NCBI GenBank assembly: GCA_000708835.1
Contig: DF237456.1
Span: 1-64,000, forward strand
DNA from: Klebsormidium nitens
Lineage: Eukaryota > Plantae > Klebsormidiophyceae
Direction: 5' to 3'
Length of the DNA stretch: 64,000 nucleotides
Positions within the stretch are counted from its first letter, which is position 1. Each line of letters opens with the position of its first letter. Shown here piece by piece: positions 13,922 to 26,600 of the stretch. Made by a program: the position numbers and the translations under genes. The notes beneath the pieces were generated by a model. That model saw only the letters and a program-made list of their open reading frames with translations. It made no database searches and was not told the DNA's origin.

Positions 13922-14627
13922 GATTGCAGACTGGGCAAAAACAAGGCGGATCGCCGCACTGAACCCTGCTCAATGGAGTCCTTTTAAGAGAAGAAGCCTC
14001 GAAGGTGCTCTTCAGAACTGTGAGCTGTGAGCTGACAATTCGTCAACAAGACGCAATCTGATCTGAACCTGCACAGCTTGAACGAGAAGTGAAGCGCCAA
14101 ACGAAAGCAGAGCGATCAGACTTGCGAAGCGGGTGGTTTTTTCTCGTATCCACTGACTTGTGAATGCGCTCCCAAAACGGTTACAAGTCTTCACCGAGGG
14201 CAATACTGATTCACCCGGGATTTGAAACGCAACAGCGCTCCCTCTTAGGAAAGACCGGTAGAAAACCCTCCGAGAGAAGTTGCTTCCTTCTGGAGCGCAT
14301 GCCCATCCTATCTACCTAGCCTGCCTCGTGATGCTGCGCCAGTCAGAGAATCTTCAGGCTTGAAACTGCGGCTCGTGGAAACCGAGTTACCGCAGTTGGG
14401 GCGCCGAGCTTCCTTCTTCAGGTATTTTGAATCTGAGCAGCAGCAGCTTGTATGTGAGGCACACTGCGGGCCATTATTAGAGCCGCTCAGTGTCAACAGA
14501 AAAGGAACATTAGATTATGAAAGCTTTCTAGACAATCGCTAGAACGGACGTCGGGTTTTTGCAGCAGACAATCAGAGACATATAGTGGTTGAAGCATCTG
14601 TTGTTTTCCACCGCAAGGGCGGGCACC
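13922..14627. promoter_or_regulatory. Putative bidirectional promoter between CCT3 and SPT6
   Basis: CCT3 ATG (13921, minus) and predicted SPT6 ATG (14628, plus) are divergent and 706 bp apart, so both promoters and 5' UTRs must lie here. No individual element is confidently assigned. Confidence 0.6.
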
Positions 14628-17600
14628 ATGAGCTCAGACGAGGGTGAGTTGCACAATCTTGCCCATTGCATGCAATAGAAGGTGGCACCGTCCTCAAGCT
14701 GAGGCGTCTAACTAGAATGTCTCACGTGGATCCGGCTTGCGGCGATCCTGCTGCGGCCGAAAAGTGTTGCAGCAAAACCTTTCATGTGTTTTGTCAGTCA
14801 ACTTCAAAGCCAAATGCTTTTCACGACAAATTTCTGCTGTTGTATCCATCATTCAGTGACCTGATGTCGTAAACAAAGAATCGTGCAACTTATGCGAAGG
14901 ATTGCAGCATTGCCTTGTGCAAGCTTTCTAGTGAATGACTGACGAGGTCATGGCTCCAGGATTAGGGTTTATCGTTCCTAAGAAAAAAGTCATCTGAGGA
15001 CAGCTTTAAAGGCCCCACCTGAAAGATCAATGTCTTTGGAGGTGGTGAAGTCGTTACATATCATAGGAAGTTTTCTTGCAATATGTCACATAGATGTTCA
15101 GATGCCACCATGATTTACATTGCCTTGAAGCAAAACTGCCTCGCTGATCTTCAAGCTAGCACTAGTAGCTGATTTCCCCAACCGCTGCAAAGTATGTCAC
15201 TATCTGCAATTGACATTTGCCTGGCATCATTTCAGAGGACGGGCGCGTGGAAGAGGAGGAGGAGGAGGAGGAAGAAGAGGAAGAAGAAACTTTCTCAAAG
15301 AAGAAGAAGGATCTGCAACAACGGAGGCGCCAGGGTCGTGATGATGAAGCAAGCGAGGATGACGATGATGAAGAGGAAGGTGTGCCCTCAACTGACTCTG
15401 CACCGCAAAGACGAAGTCTGATTGCTTGTTTTCGGTCGTTCAATGGTTTGCGATCTATGTCGGGGGCTTTGGCGTAGAGAATCTTCAGAGAGCAGGGCTT
15501 ACTGTTCACCAACTTGTGAGTGCTTCCAGTTGTTGTGCTGACAGACAAGATGTGGAGTTTGCTTCAGCCCCCAGGTACATTGAGTTATGGGCATTGTACG
15601 TTAGCCCCCTGTCCGGTAGAAGTTGGTGCGTCACTGTGACCGCAACCATTTGTGGAACATTTGGATTCTATACAATGTTTCTAAAAAGTTCTATTTCTTA
15701 TACGAACTTCTTTTAGAAACTTCTTCTTTCTTGTTCTTTAGTACTCTTCTTGTGCCTGCAAACCTCTGGGGTCTGGTGTATGTGTTCAATTGGCTGGGTT
15801 AGTTCTTCCGAGCGGGAGAGCAGTCTGCTGCCTGGTTGCCTCGCCACCTGTCAATTCAACGACTCATCTGGTCTTGACAGATTTCATTCAGATGTAGCGT
15901 TTCGGGCAGCAACAGCGCGGGTCTGTTTATCAAGGGGATTGACAACGAAATCATTGCAGAGGACGAGGACGCCCCCAATGAGTATGAGAAGGATGATTTC
16001 CTGGTCGATGAGGTGGAGGAAGAGGAGGGGGGCGAGGAAGAGGAAGGGGATGACGAGGAGAACCGCAAAGAGAGAAAGCGCAGAAAGAGGTGGGCTAACT
16101 CTGTGCAGCCCAAGTCAACAGACTTTAGCTGAGGCGCGTTTGCTTTCGGAGCGTTTTTGAATAATCTGTCAGATTCCAGGTGTTACGCTACTGGAACCTG
16201 CAACCAGCTTTACAAGGATGCAGCCAGACAGCTTCTTTGTTTTGTTGATTCGAAGTCAGGGAAGAGGGAATTGTGCTCACAAATGATTTGACTTAGACAA
16301 TTGTGTTCTGAGTACCTGGTGGCCAAGGTTGCCACCCGCGTCCTCAGGCTTCTCACATGCTTCTCGTTGGGAGACCCCAGGAAACAATGTACAAGGCTCG
16401 TGATTAAGTTTAGAGTAGCGCTCTGACAAGAGCATCAATATTAAAATGTAGCAAGCAACCACAAACGTTTTAGTTACTTTGCTCACCTGTGGGTCGGGGT
16501 TCACAGGGAGGAGCTCGAGTTGGACGAAGACGACTATGACCTCATCGCTGAGGCGAACCCCGACTTCCGGCCCCCGATCAAAAAGGTAAGCACCTGCTCG
16601 GACGATTTCTCCACCGTCTAATTCTCTCCTGCGATGTTGCGTGCACGCCTGCTTCACCTTTGAAGTTCAGAGTAACGTACCTGCTTGGTTTGATTGGAAG
16701 TTTTTAGTGACTGCATGACTCCCTTCGCCAAGTTGTCTGCTATTAGAATGCTGTTGGAGTTCTGAATCGTCTTGGGGAGAAGTCAGAGGACAGAAGCTAT
16801 AGCCGGCAGGACTTTCATGCTATTTGAGGAAGGAGCATACCAGCTTCTAGCCAAGGAGAATCGGGTTACTCATAAACTCAGAAGGAGTCTTTGGGACTCT
16901 GCTACCCGGTTCGGGGTTCAACGAACTCTGCATTTTGGAACTTGCACACTTCTGGTTCAAGCAGAGGATCTCTACTAAACAACGCTCGGACGTGCCCTTA
17001 TTGGTAGTGTTCTCTTGACAGGGGTCGGGGCCCAGGTTGAAGCGGCTGAAGAAGGCTGGCGGTTTGGGGGTTGATGCCGGAGGGGAGGAGGACGGGGGGG
17101 CTCGGAGAGCGCGCACGCAGGAGGAGCTACAGCAGGAGCTGTTCGGGGCAGGTAGGCATCATTTTAGATCGTGAAATTTTCTATTTGTTCTGCCAGCTTC
17201 TCTACGAGATGTCGAAATATCTCTCCAAAAGATGTTTTGGAGCAGATGGGCTGTCCAAATAGCAGGGACTCATTGGTTTTTCACAATAGCCATCACACTA
17301 AGCAATGTCGCAATACAGGATGGCGTGGTTGCGGGGGAGACGAGGTGCAAAGTCGCTATGGTTGTTCTCCCAAGGGTCCATATCATCGGTCTCGAATGAA
17401 AGCAACCGCTTACAAGCCGCAAGTCTCGCCAGGGGGAACGAAGGTCGATAGGCTGTCGTACAGGACCTGTTGCTGCAACCGCTGTCGGTCGCAGCTAGTG
17501 TCGGCATTCTGTTTATTTTCGTTGACGCCATTTCCTGTCTACAAGGTACCGGTTGACGTCAAGGAAAATTGAGCTGCGTGTGGTTGATGCAACCTTGACG

Positions 17601-20600
17601 CAACTACAAACTTTATCTCCGTGATGAGTATATGAGTGCTTGGAAGAGCCGGTGGAGGAGGAGCGCCGGGTTGACGTCATGACGGGAGAGCTGCGAGTGG
17701 CTGACATCAGCATGACGTAAGCTGACTCCCTGGTTTCTTCTCGCACAGACGAGGACGGGGAAGAGCCGGTGGAGGAGGAGCGCCGGCCGGAGGTGGAGGA
17801 AGAAGAAGAGGACTTCAGCGAGAACGAGATGGACGGCTTCATCGTTGACGAGGAGTTCGACGAGAACGGGAACCTGGTCCCGTGAGTCTTGTCTCCTTGC
17901 GACTCGAGTCGAAGTCAGCTTGTGGAACTTTTGATGAAAAGTTGACGAGAAGTTCGACGAGAATGAGAACCTTATCCCCCGCGAGTCATTATGCTCATGT
18001 TCGTTTTCTTTGCGTCCGAAGTAGTTCTCAGCCAATAAAAGGGGCAGTCGCAAAAGGGGAGCGGCTTCGTGTTTTCAAACGCGGGTTCTCGTCGTGGGGA
18101 GGGACTCTGCTCCCCGGTACCAGTTTCTTGTGTGGGTGCGTTAGATCCCAAGAAAAACAACGGATGAAACAGGTCATCATTGTTAGGCAGACCCAGGCGT
18201 CACACCCAAAGGGCACCACCAACCTCTGTAATCTGGTTTTTGAAGACAAAAGAAGCTCCTCTTGTCAGCAACTCTGCTTCTTGTCAATCTCTGCAGCATT
18301 CATTATTAGTACGGCCTTCTTAACGACGAGTTTACGGCTGCCTCACAGGAAGCGGAAGCAGAAGAAGAACAAGGGCGCGGAGCGACGCGGCGTCGTGGCC
18401 AGCTCTGCGGCGCTGCAGGAGGCGCAGGACATTTTCGGGGGGGTGGACGAGCTGCTGGAGCAGTACAAGAACAGGGAGCGGGAGGGCGAGGATGATGTTG
18501 ATGAGGTGAGACAAGAGGGATTTAAGTAGGTTGCGTTCTACTTTTAATTAGCTGTTTTCGGAATCTGTAATAAAGCCCTGAACCAGGCTGGTCGGGGATG
18601 AAGAAGCTGCTTGAGCAGTAAGAGAAGAGTACGAGAAAGGCGGAAATATCGCGTTTGACGAGAGGTTAAAGAAGGGTGTCGGGCGCCGTCTTTCGACCTC
18701 CTCTTCAGATTACATGATGCGGGCAGGAGGCTTAAGGTTCCAAAGATCCAGACATAGATCCAGGCAATGAACGGTTAGAGAGAGGATGAGAAGGTAAGCA
18801 GGAGACAAGGTTGGAACCTGATGATGAGTCCTGATAGCCTTCTAATGCTAATCCACGTTATTTGATACGGGCTCGCGTGCTACAAATGCCCCTAGTGCTT
18901 AAACTGCACGATCCTAGCAACTCATCTTCCGGACGTCCGCAGGGCCTTGATGATCCGCAGGATGAGGACGAGGTGAAGGACGTCAGCGATCATTCTAAGT
19001 AACGTAGGTCTTCTTTTCCGGGTCCTCGGACACTTAGCTGACAACGTTTTCAGAACTCAGCTGTCTCAACCGCACTGCTGATTCACTTGCTTTTTGGATC
19101 TTCGCAGGGCTTCGACGATCTGCACGTGGACGAGGACGAGATGGAGGACGAGGAGGGAGCGCCCCGGGGTCGCCGCGCGAGCAAGGCCTCGAAGCAGGCG
19201 ATGCGCGCTGCACAGCGCGCGTTCGAGCCGAGCTTGCTGGAGGAGCGGTTCATGACCGACCGGGACGAGCGGATACGAACCACCGACATTCCTGAGAGGT
19301 TCCAGGTACGTACCGAGCAGAGGGGAGCTTTGGAACCTTGCCAGAGGATGAGACTATGGGGGTGCCAAGGATCAGCAACGATTGTTTGCTACTCGATTCA
19401 CGTGCGATGTCGCGGCCGCTATTAATCGATGTAACGACCGACTGGATGAGCCGCTGTCAATCGATGTAAGGACCGACAGGATCAGCGGTTTGGAGCACCA
19501 ACATCCCCAAGCGATTCCAAATTGAGATAGTTTTGGTACGGAAGCTTTGGTAACCTTTTCAGACAACAGTCTTTTGAGGTGGAAAGTTAAAGATGGGATT
19601 ACTCGACATTTCGGCTTTTTTAGCTTGAATAGAGTCGATGTCAGGACAAACAGATACCGACCACCGACATCCGGTTCAAGTACTGGGCGGCATGGAAGTT
19701 GTCGAACCGTCCAGAGTAGAATGGTTATGCGTTCGGATTTCAAACGGATGTTAATCAGGTCAAGTTTTGGTCAAGTTTGGGTCCATAAGAGCAGTTTGAG
19801 CCGATGCCTGGGATAAAGGACGCGAGAAGAGTGGCGACGTGCAGAAGTAAACAAACCGTTCAGCAGTTGGTCAGATACTTTTTGTTTGTCCTTGACGCAC
19901 CTTCTACTTGCTCGCTAAGTCATTAACTTTTCTCGTCCCAGGTCTTGGAGGAACAGTATGGGCCGATGCCTGAGACCGAGGACGCGCGGAGGGAGGCGGA
20001 ATGGATCTACCAACAGCTGTTCAATATCAAGTACACGATCCTACGCCCGGAATATATGAACCTGTACGACCCGGATCTGAGGCCGAATGTCGAGGAAGAG
20101 CTTCGAAATGTGCTCGTGTTGATGCATGAGGACAAACTAGAGGTGAGTGGCCGCTGGGTTATTTGATTGTTGTTTGTTTGGGCCTTTCTGTTGGGATTTA
20201 AAGTTTGCGATGTCTCAAAGCCTCGTACTTGGTGCCGAGGGTGATCTTGACGAGGCCGCTTGTTCGGCTTTTAAGAGTTTGTCGATCCCACGCTTTACAA
20301 AGTGTGCAGCAAATCCTCGGCTCTTCAGTGAAAGTAGGTCAAACCTCTTCAAGAGCCCCCCCATGTCTACCAACTTGAAAAGTGTCTGGCTCCTACTCCA
20401 GAAGGCCTCTACGTTTGTATATACGGCAAGGAGAAGCGCAACAATCTATTTGAAACTCCCTTACGAGCTGGGTATTTTGATCCGCCGTTCTTTCAGGAAT
20501 CGTTTCAGGATCTCACCCAAACCTACCCATCCCTCAAGACCCGTCAATCAGCATGTGCTGGAAGAAGAAGCGCCACAGTCTTATTAAAACCCTCATATCG

Positions 20601-23600
20601 AGGTCTGCTTGGCCCTGTCCTTACATCCCGTTCAGAACCTCAAGCGAAGCAAAATGTCCGCTGCAGATCCCGTACATCGGCATGTACCGCAAGGAGAAGT
20701 GTCGCAACCTGCTCGACCGCCTGGCGCCCCCCCCGCAAGGCCGTCCAAAAGACGAAGAAGACGACGAGAGCCAGTCGCGCCTGCAAAAGTTCGAGCTGCT
20801 CTGGTCGGTCGCGGAGCTGGACCGGAAGTGGATGGCGCTGCGCCAGCGGAAGCGGCGGCTGGAGAAGGCGTACAAGGACCACATCACGCCGTCAATGGAG
20901 CGCGGCGGCGAGGACGCCCGGCAGTGGAGCCGGGTGCTGCAGGTGCGTCCGAATGCGTCCGAGAGCGCCGTCCGAAAGTCTTGATATACTGGAAAGTTGC
21001 CGTCGTCCGAGGACGGCGGCGAGGACGTCAGGCAGCGAGCCGGGTGCCGCAGGTGTGTCCGAAAAGCGTCCGCGAAGCGTCCGAAAACAGCACGCTGCCG
21101 TCCAAAAGATCCGCATCTTCTGGGGTATGTCAAAAATGTTGTCTTCAAGGTATCTGCTATCGTAGGCGTTTTGCCAGTGAACTGTTAAGCACGTCCACTT
21201 TCCCCTGTGGGAGAGATAGGCTTGCTGAAGGACGCAACATCTGACGGAGCGCACGACGTCAATACACACAAGCGCTCGCTGCTTCTTAGTCTCTTGGTCA
21301 TGAAGCGTTGAAAAAGGTCCTAAATTGAGCGAGCTCGGCAATCCGCTCCCTCTCCGAAGTTCCAGGAGATCCGGGATCCTGGAAGAGTGACATTCGATTC
21401 GATGGGGCACGTCCGCTTCGACTACAGGAGATACAAGGCCACTGAAGGATGCAACGTCTGACGAGTCCCTCAACGACGTGGAGGCGCACTGGCGGCTGCA
21501 ACTTCTTTCGTCATACTTTTTACGTTGGTCATGCCCTTAAAAAACACGGCCTGAAAAAAGAAAGTACGTCCGAAGTATGTTCTCTCTTTCGAATGTCAAG
21601 AATTTGGAAAGTCTCGAAGTAAGCATGGTCCAAAACTTGCTCCCCGTTTGTCATTGCAGGAGATTCAGACCTTGCTGAAGGAGGCAACGTCGGACGCGGC
21701 CCTCGATGACGTGGAGGCGCGTGCGCGGCTGCTGCTGCCGGAGGAAGACCCCAGCCTCGCGACAGTGCGGCACAAGCGGCCGCAGCGCGCGTCACTCTAC
21801 GCCTACTGCAAGAGCCAGGGCCTTGCAGACGTTGCCGCCAAGTTTGGGAGCGTGCGGCAACTGGGGGCGAACTTGCAGAAAGGCTTTGTGGTGAGGCGGC
21901 CTGGTCCTTCTGCTAGACTTTCGAGTTCTAGGATTCTTAGTGTCTGAAATTCCAGAAACTAGAGGATTCGAGACACTAGGGCCTCGCGGAGGTTGCCGCC
22001 AAGTTTGGCAGCGTGAGGCAGCTGGGGCCGAACCTGCAAAAGGGCTTTGTGGTAAGTCGTTCGATTTTGGCACATGTGCTACGATGACGAAATGCAGGAG
22101 ATTGAGGATCTCGGGGCTTGAAGACTGGCCCTTCAAACTTGGGACCTGACAGGCGATCGTCACGCTCGACTTTGTCTGTTTGCTTATGCCTCGTGAGAAA
22201 AGGTGCTTGCGTCCTTCTGCGGGCCGTTTCAATCTTACATAATCCGGTCCTGGACAAAATGGTCGACAAAGCTGAACATTATCCACTTTCCCGCCTCCCG
22301 CAGGAAACTGAGGTGGAGGATCACCCCGAACCCCCCGAAGCGGTCGCCGGTTCGTTTGCGGGCCTCGCGTTCAAGAAGCCCGCGGACGTCTTGGACGGCG
22401 CCCGGCACATGGCCGCCGTCGAGATCGCCGCGGACCCCGCGGTCCGGGCCGCTTTCCGCGAGAAGTTCATGCCCCCCGTGAGCAGCGAAGCGGCGGCGCG
22501 CCCTGGGGGGGCAGTCGTGAGCACGAAACCGACCCCCCGGGGCATGGACGTGATCGACGATTACCACCAGTACGGGGCGGTCAAGTGGTTGTATAGTAAG
22601 CCCGTGAGGGAGTTTCAGGACGGGCAGTGGTTGCTGGTGATGAATGCGAAGGAGGAGGGGCTCATCGAGGTGACGGTGGGGCTGCCGGAGGAGGAGACAA
22701 ACCAACTGAGAACACTGCTCAGCGTGAGGCTCCTTACTCCTGTGTGATTCTTCCGTCTTTGACTTCCCTTTCCGCTTTGGCTGAGGGGCAGCTCGGGTTG
22801 AGACGGCTGTGATTGCGGGCTTGTGGTTGCTGTTCCGTTCTGTCATCTCCTCGTCCTCCTCGTGTTTTTGCTGTTTCATAAGGTGTCCCTCCTTCCCTTC
22901 ACGTTTTTTACCATGTTACTGCGTTATTTCTCTGTCGCCGTCAGTGGGCTCTTCTGTTCTGGTTTTAGTTCGACTCTTTATTATTTTTGATGTGTGTCCT
23001 CCGCTTGCTTATCTGTCACGGCCTGTTTGTCTTTCATCTCACTCGCTCAGAACCTTCCTGGAAACCTTCAAGGCTCTCCTGACGATTTTATAGTAATTCG
23101 ACAAGCCTGTTTGAAACCAGAAGTTGTTCACTATGCGTACTGCAAGTGCACCGTTCCCTTCCAAGCTGCACCCGCTTTGTCCCCCCTCCAAACAAAGCGC
23201 TCCTCGTCTCTCCTTCCAGGAACTGTACCTGAGCCAGAACGTGAGCAAGAACGCCCAGCTATGGAACGAGCAGCGGCGGCAAATCCTTGCCAAAGCGTTC
23301 GACGAGTTTCTAGTTCCCGCCATGGAAGCGGAAGTGCGCGCGACGCTCACGCAGCGTGCGCGGCGTCACGTGGTCGGGAAGTGCGAGAAGTCCCTCTGGA
23401 AGCTCGCGGCGCGGGCGCCGTTTGCGCGGAAGAAGGTCGACCTGGAGGTAAGTGCGTCTTCAAGTCAGGCGTGCTTACTTTGTACTTTGATTGAGTGCGA
23501 TTTAGAAGGCTCGCGACGAGATTTCTGGTGGGTCCACAGTTTCCTGTTGGATAATTATAAGGTTTTGGGTTTGAGGGTTGGGGTTTGGTTTTTAAGGTGC

Positions 23601-26600
23601 GCCGGTCTGGTCTCAGCGGAACCTTAGCTAATTCAGGTTGGATTTGACGAGTTTCTGGGTCTGCTCTCGAGGAGTCGTTTGAAAGATAGCACTCTGAGGT
23701 CTGAGGTCCTCCGTCCATGTTCTATCGTGCATCTTGTAGCCCTCTCTTCGGATTGCCTCTGCTGAACTCATCCGGTGGAACTCCGGTCCCTTAGCAAACA
23801 AGTTGTTAGAAGCCTGAGAGACCTTTCCTGGTAGTGACTTCCCGAAATGGGGCCTGGGAACGCTATCATTTTCCACCTCTCCAAAAGCCCCTGCTCTCAT
23901 GAAATCTTTATTGCGAGCAACCTCCAAAAATAACAATCGTTTTCTGCAGGACGTCAATGAGGACGAGCACGCGTGCCGTGTGCTGGCCGTGTGCTGGGGC
24001 CCCGGCCGACCGGCCACGACGATCGTTATGCTCGACGAACGGGGCGAGCTTATCGACACTCTCTACACGGGATCGCTTGGGTCGAAAGGCATAGGCGGGC
24101 CTCGTGCCACGGAAAGGTGGGAGGAGGACAAGCGCAAGCTGGAGGAGTTCATCAAGGAGCACAAGCCGCACGTGGGGGTCGTGGGAGGGGCGAACCTGCG
24201 GTGCAAGAACTTGTTCGATGACGTGAACCAGGTGAGGGAGGGGGAATTAAGGTTGGCTTCGTCTGAGGTTGTTGGTTGAACATTTTGCGTTTACATGACT
24301 TTCATGTTTCACGGTCGAGTGTGACTCCGATTGATGGACTTATGAGTCAAGGCACGGTACTGGACATTCTTCGTGTTTTGGTGATCAAGCCATCACGGAA
24401 TGGTTGATGGAGCGTCCTTACTACGCTTAAACGAGAGACGAAAGATGGGAACGGAAACTTGTGGTCAACATAGAGAGGGGCACTCCGATGCCCGCAGTTG
24501 ATCTGCACGCAGTGTGAGGGAATGTAATCATCCCAGGGATCCGGGTTCTGCAATTGGCTAGCCCAATACAAAGCAGAACGAAACAAGATTAGGTAAGAGA
24601 ATTAGTTGCATAAGATCAAACGAGAATCCGCTGCTTTCTGCAGGTGATCTACAACATAGTAGAGGTCGAAATCGACCAGCTGGCGGCGGGCCTCGACACC
24701 CTGCACGTCTTCTACGCGGACGAGTCCATCCCGCTGCTCTACGAAAAGTCCAAGGTGTCCGAAACGCAGCTCTCCGGACAGCCCGAGATGGTCCGGCGTG
24801 CGGTCGCGCTCGGACGGGCGATCCAAAACCCGCTCGCCGCGTTGGCCGCGCTGTGCGGGCCCGGACGGGAAGTTGCGCTGTTGCGGATGCACGCGATGCA
24901 AGGGTTGGTGTCACAGGAGGAGCTGTGGGGGGCGGTCGAGCGCGTGATGACAACGATTACCACGCAGGTGAGAAGGGCAAACTTAGGTGTGGTTTCGCTC
25001 CGAATACAGGGTTTTGTCCGTCTGCTTCCTGATCATTACTAGAAACTTCTGGTGGGGCCAGGCAGTTGCCTTTTTGAGATTCCTCGCAATGTAAGAGCTG
25101 GTGTCGCATGAGAGGCTATGGGGGGCGGTCGAGCACGTGATGACGGGCGATTACCGCGCAGGTAGGAAGGGTCGACTTGTGCTCGCTCTCTCATTAAATT
25201 CTGAACCTCTTTGTAAGTGATTTCCTTTCCAGGTTGACATCGATGTGAACACGGTCGATCGTTCTTCACGAGTGACTCTCCTTCAGGATGGTGTGCCGTT
25301 TCTGGCACTAGAGCGCAACCATTCTGAAGCTATACTTACGGTCTTGACGATCATATTCACAGCAGAAATAAGTCACATCACTTTTGTTCCAGGTGGCCAT
25401 CGATGTGAATACGGCCATTCACCACGAGTAGCTCTTCGCCTAGCTCCAAATTTTTCGTGCTCGCTTATGCACACTCACAAATCGTTCAGACAGCTCTACT
25501 GCCTGTATTCACACCTTTCACCCTCTTGAACGCTCCGATTGTTGTTCCAGGTGGGCATCAATGTGAACAAGGCCATCCACCACGAGTGGCTCTTTGCCCC
25601 GCTCCAGTGTCTTCGTGCCCACTCATTCACACTCCAAACCGTCCAGACTGACAGCTCCACTGCGTGCATTCACACCCACTACCTTTCTGACTGAAAGCTC
25701 CGATTCTCCTTCCAGGTGGGCATTGATGTGAATACGGCCATTCACCACGAGTGGCTCTTTGCCCCGCTCCAGTTTGTCCCTGGTCTCGGCCCCCGCAAAG
25801 CACAAGCGCTGCAGCAAGCGCTGGCGGGGCGCGGCCGGCTCACGGTGCGCAAGGACCTGCTCAACTTCAAGTGGGTCGCCAAGCAGGTCTTCATCAATTC
25901 TGCCGGTTCGCTGCGTACGAGGGCAACTGCTGCGGCGGCGCATGCCGAGGTACGTATTCCAATGGGGTTTTGAGAGTGCGAGGGATCATGATTTTTTCAA
26001 TGGCGTGTAGTGACAGCTCAAATCTCAAGTGGGTCGCCAAGCAGGTCTTCTCAATTCTGCCGGTTCGCTGCGTACGCGGGCAACTGCAGCGGCCGCGCAT
26101 GCTGAGGTAAGCACTGTGTTTCTAGACCTGATTTGGAACGTAAGTCTCAAAAGAAGTAGAGTGGTTTGAAACGACGGAATGGGTGGGTCGGCAAGAGGGT
26201 TTTCGGCTGGGTCACTGCGCACAAGATCCATCGTTTTGGCAGCACAAGCCGAGCTACGTATTGTCGGGTAGCTCGGCTTGTGCGTGTGCTGACTTGTGTA
26301 TTAGGGTCTTCGTCACCACTCACGTTGGCTCATATAAACGCGTCTACCAGTGCCGCGAAATCTTTCCAAACAACGAAAGAAATTGTCAACAACCCTGAAC
26401 CAGCCCCGAAAACCGCTCGTTATTCCCGACTCCTTACAGCTTATCCTTTCAGAAATTGTAAGCTAGTCCTCTAAACCCTCTCGATCCCTGCAAACCTTGG
26501 ATCCTTTAGGATCCTGAAAACTCTTTGTAACCCTTTGTAACCTTTTTAAATTCTAGAACCGACACTCTCAATTCGCGTACTTAACTGGCTCGATCCTCGA

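Noticed and set aside
15545-15574. Possible extra 30-nt SPT6 exon
   Set aside because: Exon 2 joins in phase to the acceptor at 15960 without it, and the encoded peptide does not fit the acidic context.
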